A stretch of DNA of 61,761 nucleotides, counting the filler, from Aduncisulcus paluster (lineage: Eukaryota), in assembly GCA_024181965.1 (NCBI GenBank). It is 5 parts of 5 records of this genome, joined end to end, with 100 filler letters (N's around TTAATTAATTAA, not from the genome) between each part and the next. Parts side by side here need not be neighbours in the genome. Positions count along the whole stretch, not along the records: positions 1 to 1,101 come from BQXS01010789.1; positions 1,202 to 22,784 come from BQXS01010790.1; 3 more parts are not named here. One strand, 5' to 3'. The notes beneath the pieces were generated by a model. That model saw only the letters and a program-made list of their open reading frames with translations. It was not told the origin of the DNA and ran no database searches. This document shows, piece by piece, positions 1-10,703 of the stretch. The first letter of the stretch is position 1; each line of letters starts with the position of its first letter. Made by a program: the position numbers and the translations under genes.

Positions 1-449
1 TTTCAGAAATGAATACAATGACCTTTTCCATTTCCATTTCCATCATCATTAATCTCCATCATTATCCTCTCTCTGAGATGCGATGAGACTCATCTCTATA
101 GAAATATCAGAAAGCTCTTTTGTGCATATTAATCCTTTTTATTTGAGAGATCGATCATTCAGACGATTCTTTTCCAAACACCCAGAGAGTCTCTGATTCT
201 TCAAGAATGGACTTAGAAGTTCCGAGTATCGATGAAAAAGAAGGTCTACAAAAAAAAGATACATCGAACAATCCAATTAATCACGATAATTATGAAATCA
301 TTTCGATAATTGCTTTTATAAGATTTATTTTGCCAAATTTCACTCAAAATGGGGGAAAAAAATAAAAATAAAATCAAAAATTATAAACAGTTCATAATGA
401 ACAAGAAATTCACACAGAAGACGTGAGCTGAATGACATTGCAAACAAAA

Positions 450-1101
450 CTATTTGAACATTCCTTTCAAACCAACACGAATGGCAAATCTTACCATCAT
501 ATCAACCTCACTGACACTTTTAGCACTCGAAACAACATCTCCAATGCAGATCTTGAGTTGTTGGAGGTTACTTTTGAGGGAATAGTACCCATAATCGTGT
601 GGGAATCTTGGAGCTTCTTCCTGAGGCATCAAACTCGGTTCAGGACCCAATTTCTCCAATATAGAATCGTTACTCGAGGATGATTCTTCCTCGATCTCCT
701 CCTGACTCTCACCCTCCGACCTATCCTCGAGCTTCAAAGCCTTTTCCTCTTCACGAAGTTTTTCAAGCCTTTCTTTCTCAGCTCTCCAAGCTTTCCGAGC
801 CTTTATCCACTGTTTTCTGATGTGTTGATGAGACAATTCGACTGAACGCTTCACAATGAGATCGTCCTCATCGATCAATTGCAATGCAACGTGACAACCA
901 CACATCATAATAGAATCCGAACTCAGCATCGCATGCAACATCCTCAAGATTAGCGTCATCTTCTCCCTTGGTGTTTGCAGATACAGGGACGTCACAAGAG
1001 TCGCAAGGGAACTTGGGAGATCTTCACTCACGACAACTCTATTCAGGCGGTGCGAAGGAGAGTTACTGCTAATTTGAGCGATAGAAAGGGTAGATCCACT
1101 G
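450..1101 (-). CDS. 3' part of a hypothetical protein (5'-truncated at the contig edge)
   Basis: The frame of ORF 450..1031 stays open up to the N-linker at 1102. It has a charged coiled-coil/acidic segment and no recognisable motif. Confidence 0.6.
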
Positions 1102-1201
1102 NNNNNNNNNNNNNNNNNNNNNNNNNNNNNNNNNNNNNNNNNNNNTTAATTAATTAANNNNNNNNNNNNNNNNNNNNNNNNNNNNNNNNNNNNNNNNNNN
1201 N
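1102..1201. other. Artificial contig linker (44 N + TTAATTAATTAA + 44 N)
   Basis: Six-frame stop linker; the same 100-nt structure occurs four times in the window. Confidence 0.98.
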
Positions 1202-1309
1202 CGATTGTGGTGAAAATTGTAGCTAATTAAAAATAATAGATCACTAATGATGCACCCGTTACAAGGCTTAAAGGGACAAACAATCATATGATTCCATGGA
1301 TCAGGGAAA

Positions 1310-2551
1310 TTACAAAAAATCGAATGGATCAGAGGTTTTGGGAGCAGGTTTAGAGGCCTTGAAAGGATCGGAAGCAGTCTTGGCATATCCTTGACTGGAC
1401 CTTCGCCCTGTGTAGCCCGTGTATGTACCTGCAAATGGATTGGAACCGCCGAACGGATCTTGGCTTCCAAATGCGGTGGGTTTCTTCGAGCCGACAATAA
1501 ATGAGTTTGTTTGGAACGATGTATCAGGAGCTGTGCTGAAAGGGTTTGGCCCACTGGTGGAGGCCCCAGGAGAAGAGAACACGTCCATAATGTCTGCGGA
1601 CATGTCCATGGGCTTCTTGACAGGCGACTTGGGCTTGGCTGGAGCAAACGTCCCAGGACTGGAGGAAAAGCCCATCAGATCTGAAAATGGATCACTGACT
1701 TCTTCTTTTTTGACATGGAGAGTGCTCTTTTTTGTAGGAGAATGTTTCGGAGCTTCGGTTTTAGGACCGCTGGATGGAGCACCAAAATCAAACAAATCCA
1801 TCAATGGATCATCTTTCTTTGGGGTTTCAATCGGAGTTTCCTTCTGTTCAGGGGATTCTTTTTCATGTTTATGTCTTTCTTTACGATCATGGTGTTCGTG
1901 GTGTCTGTGATGATGAGAATGAGCAGGAGGGGCGGCAGCAGAACGGAATTTCTCGGCAGCAGAGGAAGCTGCTGGAGCAGAAGAGGCACCTGGCTTTTTG
2001 AACCATTTACGTTCGACATATTTCAAACGAATGAACCGGGATGCCTTCTTATCGTCAGATGAAGAAGGAATGGGGAATTCTTGAGGGGTCCAAGTTGCCA
2101 AGAATGCCTTTTGGGCATATCTATTTCCAGCTTTTTCTAATTGAGAGACGAAATCTTCTTTAAAATTGGTCATAGAAATATTCTGAGCATGGCGACCTTG
2201 TTCAATACTACAGGAAAAATAAGATATGAAAATAAAAAGTAAATAGAAAGTACGGTCGAAATATTCGTAATCGAACAAAAATATTGAAAATACATACTGT
2301 AGAGAAGCACATCTTGTACAAACAAAAATACGGAGTTCTTTAACAACATATCCAGGTGACTGAACGTTAAAAACAACAAATAATCAAAAATAAATAAGAT
2401 TACACAATAATATATTTAATAGGAGGAAGAATATAGGAATAAAGAATTGGATTCATACCTTACTGGAACAATCAGCACACACTCGATTATCAGGACGTTT
2501 ACGGAGAGCTTTTATCCTATCGTCTAGTTTCTTTTGGCTACTTATTGGCAT
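1310..2551 (-). CDS. ArfGAP-domain endocytic adaptor (AGFG/SMAP-like), 3 exons: 2551-2459, 2359-2298, 2207-1310
   Basis: Splicing GTATGA..CAG (2458-2360) and GTATGT..TAG (2297-2208) gives MPISSQKKLDDRIKALRKRPDNRVCADCSSKSPGYVVKELRIFVCTRCASLHIEQGRHAQNISMTNF...GN...FIRLKYVERKW, with the CX2CX16CX2C zinc finger. The tail has 2 NPF and 4 DPF motifs. Confidence 0.9.
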
Positions 2552-2882
2552 TGAATGTGAACAAAATCCATTCATTCTGTCTGTCAATTTCCAATCTTTC
2601 AAAGGACTGTATTGTATTCACATTTCCATTAGTTATATGAATTAAAAATATATTTTGCTATTTTCCTTCTTGATGGATTCTATCGCTGAGAGTTCTGATG
2701 TTTTATATGTTTAGATTTCTGAGTGTTAAATTGAGGTATGACAATCATATATTTGATATCAGTGAATAAAAATCAATTGTTATGGCGATAATCACATGAA
2801 ATACTTGAAATTATTGAATGAAATCATCAAGTTTTTCAAAATAGTGTTTTTCTTTGTCATTATCCTTGATTTGATTTTTGAA

Positions 2883-5800
2883 ATGGGAATTTTAGATAAT
2901 GAAATAGATAGTTTTCTTGATTTGAGTCTGCTTGAACCTGAAACACAACAATATGAGACCCGAATCAAGCGATTAATCGTCGTTGGGAGGCTTCCCGCGG
3001 CTGAATTAGCTCGAGAAGTCATAAAAAAGTGTGAAGGGAAAGAACATATGGCGGCTTTTAAATGTATTGCCATTGTGTGTCGAATTTTGAGAGACGTTCT
3101 CCACATTGGAGGGCTTTCAAACACTTCAAGTGTTATCGCTGCAGTTATGTCAATATCGAATCAAAGGTTATCGGTATGTTGCATGATTTGGTCAATTCTA
3201 TCTTTTATATGTGATACTCTTATTTTTTACTTCTTTTTTATGTCTATATAGTACGATTTGGAAAGGAGAGAATTATTTGCTACTCTTATTGCTGCCTATA
3301 AGGTTGATAGTACAACATTATCTCCACGAGTCATGTATTCCCTAATTTCTAATAACAGCAAGAATAGTATGCTGAAAAATCTCTCAATTTCTCAGAGAAA
3401 ATTGATCTGGAGTATATTTATAAGTGGTTGTGTGGACAATGGTATCATTAGTGATGCCGAAAAACAATTTGTTTTGAAGAAAACAACTTGGGGCAAGGAC
3501 CAAGAGTCTGCAAGAATCAGTAGAAAACATCGAATTTCTGAATTAACAAAAGGAACAAAGGCTTATTCTTCAATGGTTGCAAAAATGCATGTCACATCTG
3601 ATGTTCTTTGTGATATTTCGTACGGGGAAGATAATCCCATTTGTTTGTTATTTTTTTTACGTATGGCTCGCTTGGTATTCGAACAATTACCATTTGACGA
3701 TATAAAGGTGATGTCTCTGGATGATAAACGCCGCTTTGAACGTGTTTTCAACTCATATTCCTGCTATTTCCCCATAACCTATCAGCCCTCTTCCTCTGAT
3801 ATTAATGCGATCCAGCGTTCTGATTTGATATTGGATATTGCGAGTCTCTGGTTGTGCCATCCCTATCTCCTCAAGAAGGGACAGGAATACCTGTTGGAGG
3901 GAGTCGACTATTCCCTCAATGGTGAGCATGTAGTCCAGCTATTTATGATGATTTCTCTGTGCATCGAACAGCAATATAAGGAATCTAAGACAATATCTGA
4001 GGGGAGGGCTGAGGTTTTGATTGATTTGTTGGAGTCTTACGGAAGTGATGTTTGGTGGATGATTAGTGACCAACTTACAAGCTCATCCGCTTCATTTTCA
4101 ACAGATTCGGACATCAAAAACTCAGTTAACTTTGACATTTCATCTATCCTTTCATCGAAAACATCCATTTCTGCATTTTCCTCTTTGTTAACGCACTCAC
4201 CGAGAACATGGGCATTGCTATGTCTTAAGCAACTTCTTGTGCATACCACCATGAAAGATAGACCAAAACTACGCAAACTAACCTCCTCTAGCATCGTTGA
4301 TGATGAGTTTAAGCTTGGAACTTCAACCGAACAGATGAGTCCTTACCATTCTTCCGTCTCATCCTCTTCCAATGGAGCATCTGGGCTGAGCGCATTCATC
4401 TCGGCATTCGTAGACCATGTAAGTCGGGAGTTTATCTTTGACGGTGACAATAGAGCTGCACGGGCCGCGTGTATTGATTGTGTTGTGTGTGTGGCTGCAT
4501 CTCTCAGAGAAATCTGTGCTAACATTGAACCAGACATCGAGGGAACTGATCTGATGCTTAAGGATGCTATAAAAATACAGGAAATATCGACAGCCAGGAA
4601 GAAAAGAGGTGTTACACTTGAAATGGTATCCCAAGTAGCTCCTTTGATTGAGCTGTTTGCCCAATTGTGTGTTGACCTGGTTCAGAAAGTGGCATTCACA
4701 GCCGATAAGCTTGGTAAAGTGATATTCAAATATTCTACTCTGATTAAGGAAGGAAAAGAACCTAAAATTGTCGGTACATATCGCACTGATTTGGCAGTGT
4801 GGTTACAATCCCTTGTTCGAGCTATGAATATGCTTCCATCTATTAAAAAATACATATATTTGATGAAGAAACAAGTTGCTGGCACCGATATTCTCAAGGA
4901 AGACTCTGATTTCTCGTCTATTTTTGGACTTGTTGAGTTATTAATGAATGAGATGTCTACAATGGTTGAGAGGGTGTTGTATATGGAGCATTCTTTTGTG
5001 GATGTGATGGGAACCAGTGTGGCATCTGGAATTGAACAAGATACCACACTGATTCGAACTCTTGAATGTTTCAATCGGTGTTGTTCTATTTTGTGCATAA
5101 TTCCCACCAATGACGCTTTAATTGGAAGGATCGAATGGTTTGTAGGACTTCTTGAGGGAGAAACTCTTAAAGATCTGAGTGAATTCACATCTGAAGATGA
5201 AAAGTCTCTTGTCTGTTCTCTTCCTTCTCTTTCTTGTGATGAATCTCTCGTTTCGATCCAAACATTACTTCCAGAATTTCTTTTACATGCTAAAATATCT
5301 CTTAATCCTACATCTAAATCGTTCACTGGACTTTCTATGCTTCCCTTGGTAGATGATCTCGAAAGAAACGCTCAGATCGGTAGAAAAACGATCGATGTTG
5401 TTATTCCTCACATATATGTTAACAAATCTCTCTGTGCTTCAATGTTTTTGTATTGTAATGCAAGCATTTCAGAGTATTTAATCATAAAGTTGTTGCATTT
5501 CGGATCAGGAGATTCTTTCTCGGATCTTTTGAATAATCTTGACCAGATGATGTCTATTTTTGGACATATTTTGACTTTTCTTGACTCTCAATCCCAACTC
5601 AAGAAGATTAATGATCTCTGTTCTTACGTGGAAGGATACTGTCTGCGATATGTTCACAAGTATGATTCTGCCTTTTTACGCACTTCCTCCCTTGACATTT
5701 CGACTCAAATCGATATTATTTCGTTCAGTTGTCTCCTTTTATGCTTTGTACCTTTCTTCCCTTCACTGTCGTCTCTCTGTTCTTCTCTTCTTCCCATTGT

Positions 5801-6866
5801 TCTCCACTGTCTGAAATCCAAGCATATATTGGTATATGCACCCGTTTCTCTCTTGTCTTTCCTTTTATTTGCAACTCTTAATGCTGAATCCTCCGGCAGT
5901 GAGACTCGGGGTCAGAAAAGGGAAGATATTGTTGTGGCTTCTGTATTGTCTCTTGTCGAGTCTCTGTCAAGTGTGTTTCCTTCTTCCTCACTGGCTCTCA
6001 TGATATTATCTGTTATCCATCTCTCAGATATATGTGGAATTGATGCGAGTTCGTTGTACTCCATATGTGATCGAATTGTGGAGCTTCTAAGTTCTTCTGA
6101 CAATGAAATCCTTGCAATCTCTCTATCTGAATACTTTCCAATCTCTTTCTCACCTTTTTGCTGCTACATTTGTGGGAGATTTATAGATATAGCCGAATTA
6201 AAGGTGGTGTCTTCTTCCTCTGGAAGTAAGGTTATTTTGAATAACATTGTCAGTTTGTTGTGTCTATTATTAGATCGGTGTGACGATGAATCTAGACAGA
6301 AGATGTGTGAAAGGAAGGAAGGAAGTTTGATTATTTTCCTCGAGTCCTATCTTGAATGTCCTCGAGAAGTATTACACACAAAAACACTAGAATTCGATAC
6401 CATTGACATTCGCACAAAAGTACTATCCCTTCTGAACCTGTTGTTTATGTCTGGAAGTCGGCAAGGTGCCTTATTGTTCCGCAAATTCATCCAGGAGGTC
6501 GTGTGTGATCTACTCAAAGTTGAACGAGGAATTCTATCCTTTGATGGGGAGATTTCAGTCGGGTGTTCTGAAGAAGATGTACAGATTGAACTGATTTGGG
6601 ATGAAGGAGACGAGGAAATAGTTGATATTGGTAAGGAATTGAGAGATAAGGAGTGGACTAGGATCTTAGAGGATGATAAAACCATAGATTTTTATAGGAA
6701 ATTACTATTAATATCGGAACAACAAGCTGTTGCACCTGTTCCTCTTCAATTTAAGCAAGCAGACAAACGTGAGGTCACATTTAGATTGTTGAAATGGTTA
6801 GATGCCCCCATCAAAGTGCTTAGGAAGGCTGCAAGAGAGGCTAGAAATGCCTGGTTTAAGTTGTAA
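2883..6866 (+). CDS. MMS19: MMS19/MET18-like HEAT-repeat protein (~1300 aa), 2 exons: 2883-3173, 3252-6866
   Basis: A phase-0 intron GTATGT..TAG (3174-3251) joins the two ORFs. The sequence is helical and Leu-rich, and its C-terminus LLKWLDAPIKVLRKAAREARNAWFKL matches the MMS19 terminal signature (LDDxKRxVRxxAxxARxxW). Confidence 0.65.
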
Positions 6867-7409
6867 TTCTGAATGGAACGGAATTTATTATTATTATTCT
6901 AATTAGAATTCAATCATTGAATCAAAAATAAACTTGCACCGTGTCTTCGGATAGATTTTGTTGTACTTCTCTAACTCTCAAACCAAACCAAACTGACAAA
7001 GCAAAAATGTCATTCTCTTTGCCAAACCAACATTCTTCAAGCATGATTGAAAAAAACTCATGACAGATATAGAAATTTTCATTTTACATCAATAAAAGTT
7101 CCATTTTATTCAATGATAAGACAAAAAAAGGAACCAACTTCTATTTTTAGAAAATCTATTTTTAGAAATTGCCAAAATAATTCTCTTCAAAAATTCGATT
7201 ATATTTTGAATTTTATCAAAATTCCCATCATATCACAAAACTTAGCCTTATTTCATTTTTAATCTTCAAGATAGATCAATATTCAAATAGAATATCACAT
7301 ATTCAAAATAATAACCCATAAAATAATGATATAATGATATATATTCACAATAGCTTATTATTTTCAGAGCTTTTAAAGATAATTATTCAATATTTTGAAC
7401 ATTTCTAAC

Positions 7410-8161
7410 TCATTTATCAGCATATTGGAGAGTGACTTTTTCTTCAACTAGTTTTTCCAACATCTCTTTTTTCAGACGGAGGGTAGATATTTCCTTTTCT
7501 GCCAAAGTAACATCGGTTGGGAGCCCTTGAAATGAATCAAGCTTTTCCCGCATTCCTTCAACTCTTCGCCTAAGATCTCTCAGAGCTTCTATCCGCTCAC
7601 ACATGCCAGATGGAAGAATATCCTTCTTAGTTTCCAAAATATCATCAAAGGTTGGCTCGGAAATAATCGATGAAGCAGTAATCGGAGTTGATGGAAGAGC
7701 ATCAAAAGTAATTTCAGGAATAGACCCAATTAAAGAAGATTTATCCCTAATTTGATTAATATATTCAAATATTTTCTTCTTTGATTTTAAATCAGGGCCT
7801 TCAGATCCAATAAGAGAATGTAATTTTCGTTTAATAGTGGGTAATAGAAGCTCAAAGTCCTGCAAGACAAGAAAATCATGAATATGCAGTTCATCAGCAA
7901 GAATAATAAGAGGGTATAATTGTTCATTTAATCTTTCAAATGCTCGATTATCAATATGCATTGAAGACAAGACATCAGTTAATTCTCGTTCTAATTTGAA
8001 AAAATTAATTTGTTAGGAGAAAAAGCATATGTATTGATATAAAACTTTAAAATTGGATAAAGTAATATCTATAACATACCTAATTGAGTATATAAGGCTT
8101 GTTCTTTTTGCAACAGCATTACAAACGAAATAGGAATTCCATATTCAATCTTTTTTTGCAT
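7410..8161 (-). CDS. Coiled-coil protein, HAUS1/augmin subunit 1-like, 2 exons: 8161-8080, 7990-7410
   Basis: Intron GTATGT..CTAAC..TAG (8079-7991) joins an ATG exon in frame. The C-terminal LDSFQGLPTDVTLAEKEI resembles the HAUS1/AUG1 motif (F/Y-x-x-LPPD-x-x-LA). Confidence 0.5.
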
Positions 8162-8386
8162 ATATCTCTATTTATAAGTTAGAATATACAATATGTTTGT
8201 ATTTATACTAAGATATCTCGAGAAAAAGAGTTATTGCGATGGCCTTTATTATAATGAAAAATGCACAAAAAACGAATAAATTGGAGTCTAAAAACAATAA
8301 TTTTGCATGTAACTCCTTTAATTTGTCTTTATATTTTCTTGTCGATGGGTGAAGTGTAAAATATTTTTTTGTCCACACATTGCATT

Positions 8387-9463
8387 ATGTCATACTATTT
8401 GTTGACTGCCCCGATAGATGATCCAGCTGTATTAAGTATTTCTTCAACCTTTCCAAAGGAGCCTTTCTGTCACGACGTTATTTCCATCGACTCCACCACT
8501 CTTCCTATTGGGATGCTCGATTCTCTGTTAGATTTATCAGAAGAGTTACCCCGTAAGATTATTAATACAAAGAATGTCTTTAATCGTGTCAAAAGACTCG
8601 CTGCTGATGTTGGAGAAACTGCCGATGAAAAAAGACTGTTAGATGTTATTTCTCAGACGATTAAAGACTTTAGATGGAATGAAATGCGTTTTCCTCTTGA
8701 TTTGACTCTTGAAGAAATGGTATCTTCCATTCAAGAAGCAGCTGAAGCGCTTGATGAAGTTATCCGGACTGATCATGAATCTATTGCAGAATTGAAGCAA
8801 GAAATGACAGCTATCACCCGTAAAACAAGTGGAGATCTTGCAATTCGTGATCTCACTGGGATTATTTCACCCAGAGACATTATCGACTCTGAGTTCATGC
8901 GTTCTGTGTTTTTGATTGTTTCTGCGGATAAAGAAGACTTTGTCAAGAAGGAATATCAAACATGGCATGAATATATCGTCCCAGAAAGCCTCATGAGTCA
9001 CATCCACGAGAGTAATTTCTCTTTGTACTCTTTTGTGTGCTTCAAGAAGGATTATGAAGAGATTGTGGCTAAAATACGTATTCATGGCATTGGAATTCGT
9101 GATTTACTTTCCGAAGATATGTCAGAACCTGTGAATTATGCCGAAAAGAAAGAAACCGTTAATCTTGAGCTTCGAATGGCCGAATCTGAGGTTTTGACGA
9201 AGCTTGACGATGCTACAAAGGAAATTGTTGGTCTTATCCTCCATATGTGTGTCATTGCAGGCCACGTTGAAGGGTGTTTGAGACTTGGAGTCGATACGCA
9301 TAGTGTTTCATATCGAATGAACATTCTCCAGATTGCTGAGGGAAAAGAAAGGCTTTTCCAGACTAAATTATCTGCTCATCTTGCCCATTTGTTAACAGGG
9401 GGATTCTCTGACGATGCCGAAAGTGGGCTTACCCCTTGGCATGTTATGAAACTAGATCTGTGA
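8387..9463 (+). CDS. VMA5: V-type proton ATPase subunit C
   Basis: Motifs IGMLDSLLDLSEEL, FRWNEMRFP, RKTSGDLAIRDL, DSEFM and IVPES are typical of V-ATPase subunit C; ~358 aa from the ATG at 8387. Confidence 0.9.
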   Translation: MSYYLLTAPIDDPAVLSISSTFPKEPFCHDVISIDSTTLPIGMLDSLLDLSEELPRKIINTKNVFNRVKRLAADVGETADEKRLLDVISQTIKDFRWNEMRFPLDLTLEEMVSSIQEAAEALDEVIRTDHESIAELKQEMTAITRKTSGDLAIRDLTGIISPRDIIDSEFMRSVFLIVSADKEDFVKKEYQTWHEYIVPESLMSHIHESNFSLYSFVCFKKDYEEIVAKIRIHGIGIRDLLSEDMSEPVNYAEKKETVNLELRMAESEVLTKLDDATKEIVGLILHMCVIAGHVEGCLRLGVDTHSVSYRMNILQIAEGKERLFQTKLSAHLAHLLTGGFSDDAESGLTPWHVMKLDL

Positions 9464-9640
9464 GTCACTCACATGTTTCTTGAATTATGTTGATTTGTGT
9501 TGAGAAAGTGCTCTTTTTATACCCATAATATTATGAAAAAACACTTAATTAATTCCTTTACCTTTTAGCTTAAACTGTTTATTGTTCAGAACAATATCAG
9601 TTCTGAAATAAATAATAATAATTATTAATTATCTCATGAT

Positions 9641-10213
9641 TCATGATTCATCGATTCTTGAAGAAAAGATAGATTGGAGGATTTTGATCAATGGTTCGCT
9701 ACCATTCTCAATTGAGAATTTCTCAATACAATCATCTGGACAGCTTTGGGTTGCACTTGATATAGAAATGCCTGAGAACTGATCTTGCAATAATGTCACA
9801 ACATTATTAATGTCACAAATATTGTTATCACTAATGTCAAGAGTGGTCAGATTGGAAGATGATATGATATCCTCGGTGAACAATACAGACACATCAGAAA
9901 TGTTGTTCGAAGAGAGATCTAAAGAGATGAGCTTGAAGTTGGATGTTGCATCGTCTTCAGCATGAATCGGGGTCAAATCAAGAACATCTTCGAGCTTATC
10001 AAGTGCACACCCACTCAGAGAGAGAGATGTGAGACCTGTGCTAATAGAACTATAAGAGTAGGAATATGATGCATCGACACCCTTAGCCAGTATTTGTATC
10101 ACGGAATGCGGTGGAAAGTGGGAGATATCTTGGGAAGAAAGGGTCAAGTTTATCAATTTTGGTTGTATAACTGGCACAAATACGAAAATAATCTTGCTCA
10201 GCATCTCCTTCAA
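9641..10213 (-). pseudogene. Leucine-rich-repeat protein fragment
   Basis: LTSLSLSGC, LISLDLSSNNISDVS and LTTLDISDNNICD are LRR units. There is no convincing start, so it looks like a fragment of a multigene family. Confidence 0.6.
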
Positions 10214-10367
10214 TCCAATGCTTCCTCACATCTTAATAGATGACCAATGAAAGTGTCAATAAGATCATTCAGATCAGAGATAGGAGAAAGATTTTAATTT
10301 CAGAAATATCATGACAAACAAACCATCTTAAACACAAAGAACAACCTCTCTCTTGTGCTCTTCAATC

Positions 10368-10697
10368 TCACTCTTTGATTGGAATGAAAGGAAGACAGAA
10401 AGAATCTCGATGTTCATGGTAGAGTTTGGAAGTTGATTCTGAGTCAGGACACTTGTTGATAGATTCAACCAATTCTAACCATTTCTTCAGAGAAGGATAA
10501 CAGTTAACAAGATATCTTATATAATCTTCACTCCAACCCCCATTATTCTTACACCATACCATGTCGGCATCATATTTAGGAGATATGTGAGGAACAAGAG
10601 ATGGAACAGTTGAGAGCATGGAAATGAATATGGACCAGTATTTGGTTCCCAAATCTTTGGATCCTTGGCTACCATCACCTTTCCCTTCTTCACTCTT
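10368..10697 (-). pseudogene. Fragment of the helical-repeat family, in frame downstream of the giant kinase
   Basis: YWSIFISMLSTVPSLVPHISPKYD and KCPDSESTSKLYHEHR are near-identical to segments of the 22886..24688 protein. It is separated from the kinase frame by TGA-AAG-TGA. Confidence 0.7.
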
Positions 10698-10703
10698 TCA
10701 CTT

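Noticed and set aside
1-250. Possible coding exon at the window start
   Set aside because: All three minus-strand frames contain stops and no motif was recognised.
1102-1201. Repeated TTAATTAATTAA palindrome flanked by Ns (also 22785, 37495, 51152)
   Set aside because: Artificial six-frame-stop contig linker. ORFs crossing it and cross-linker gene neighbourhoods are not biological.
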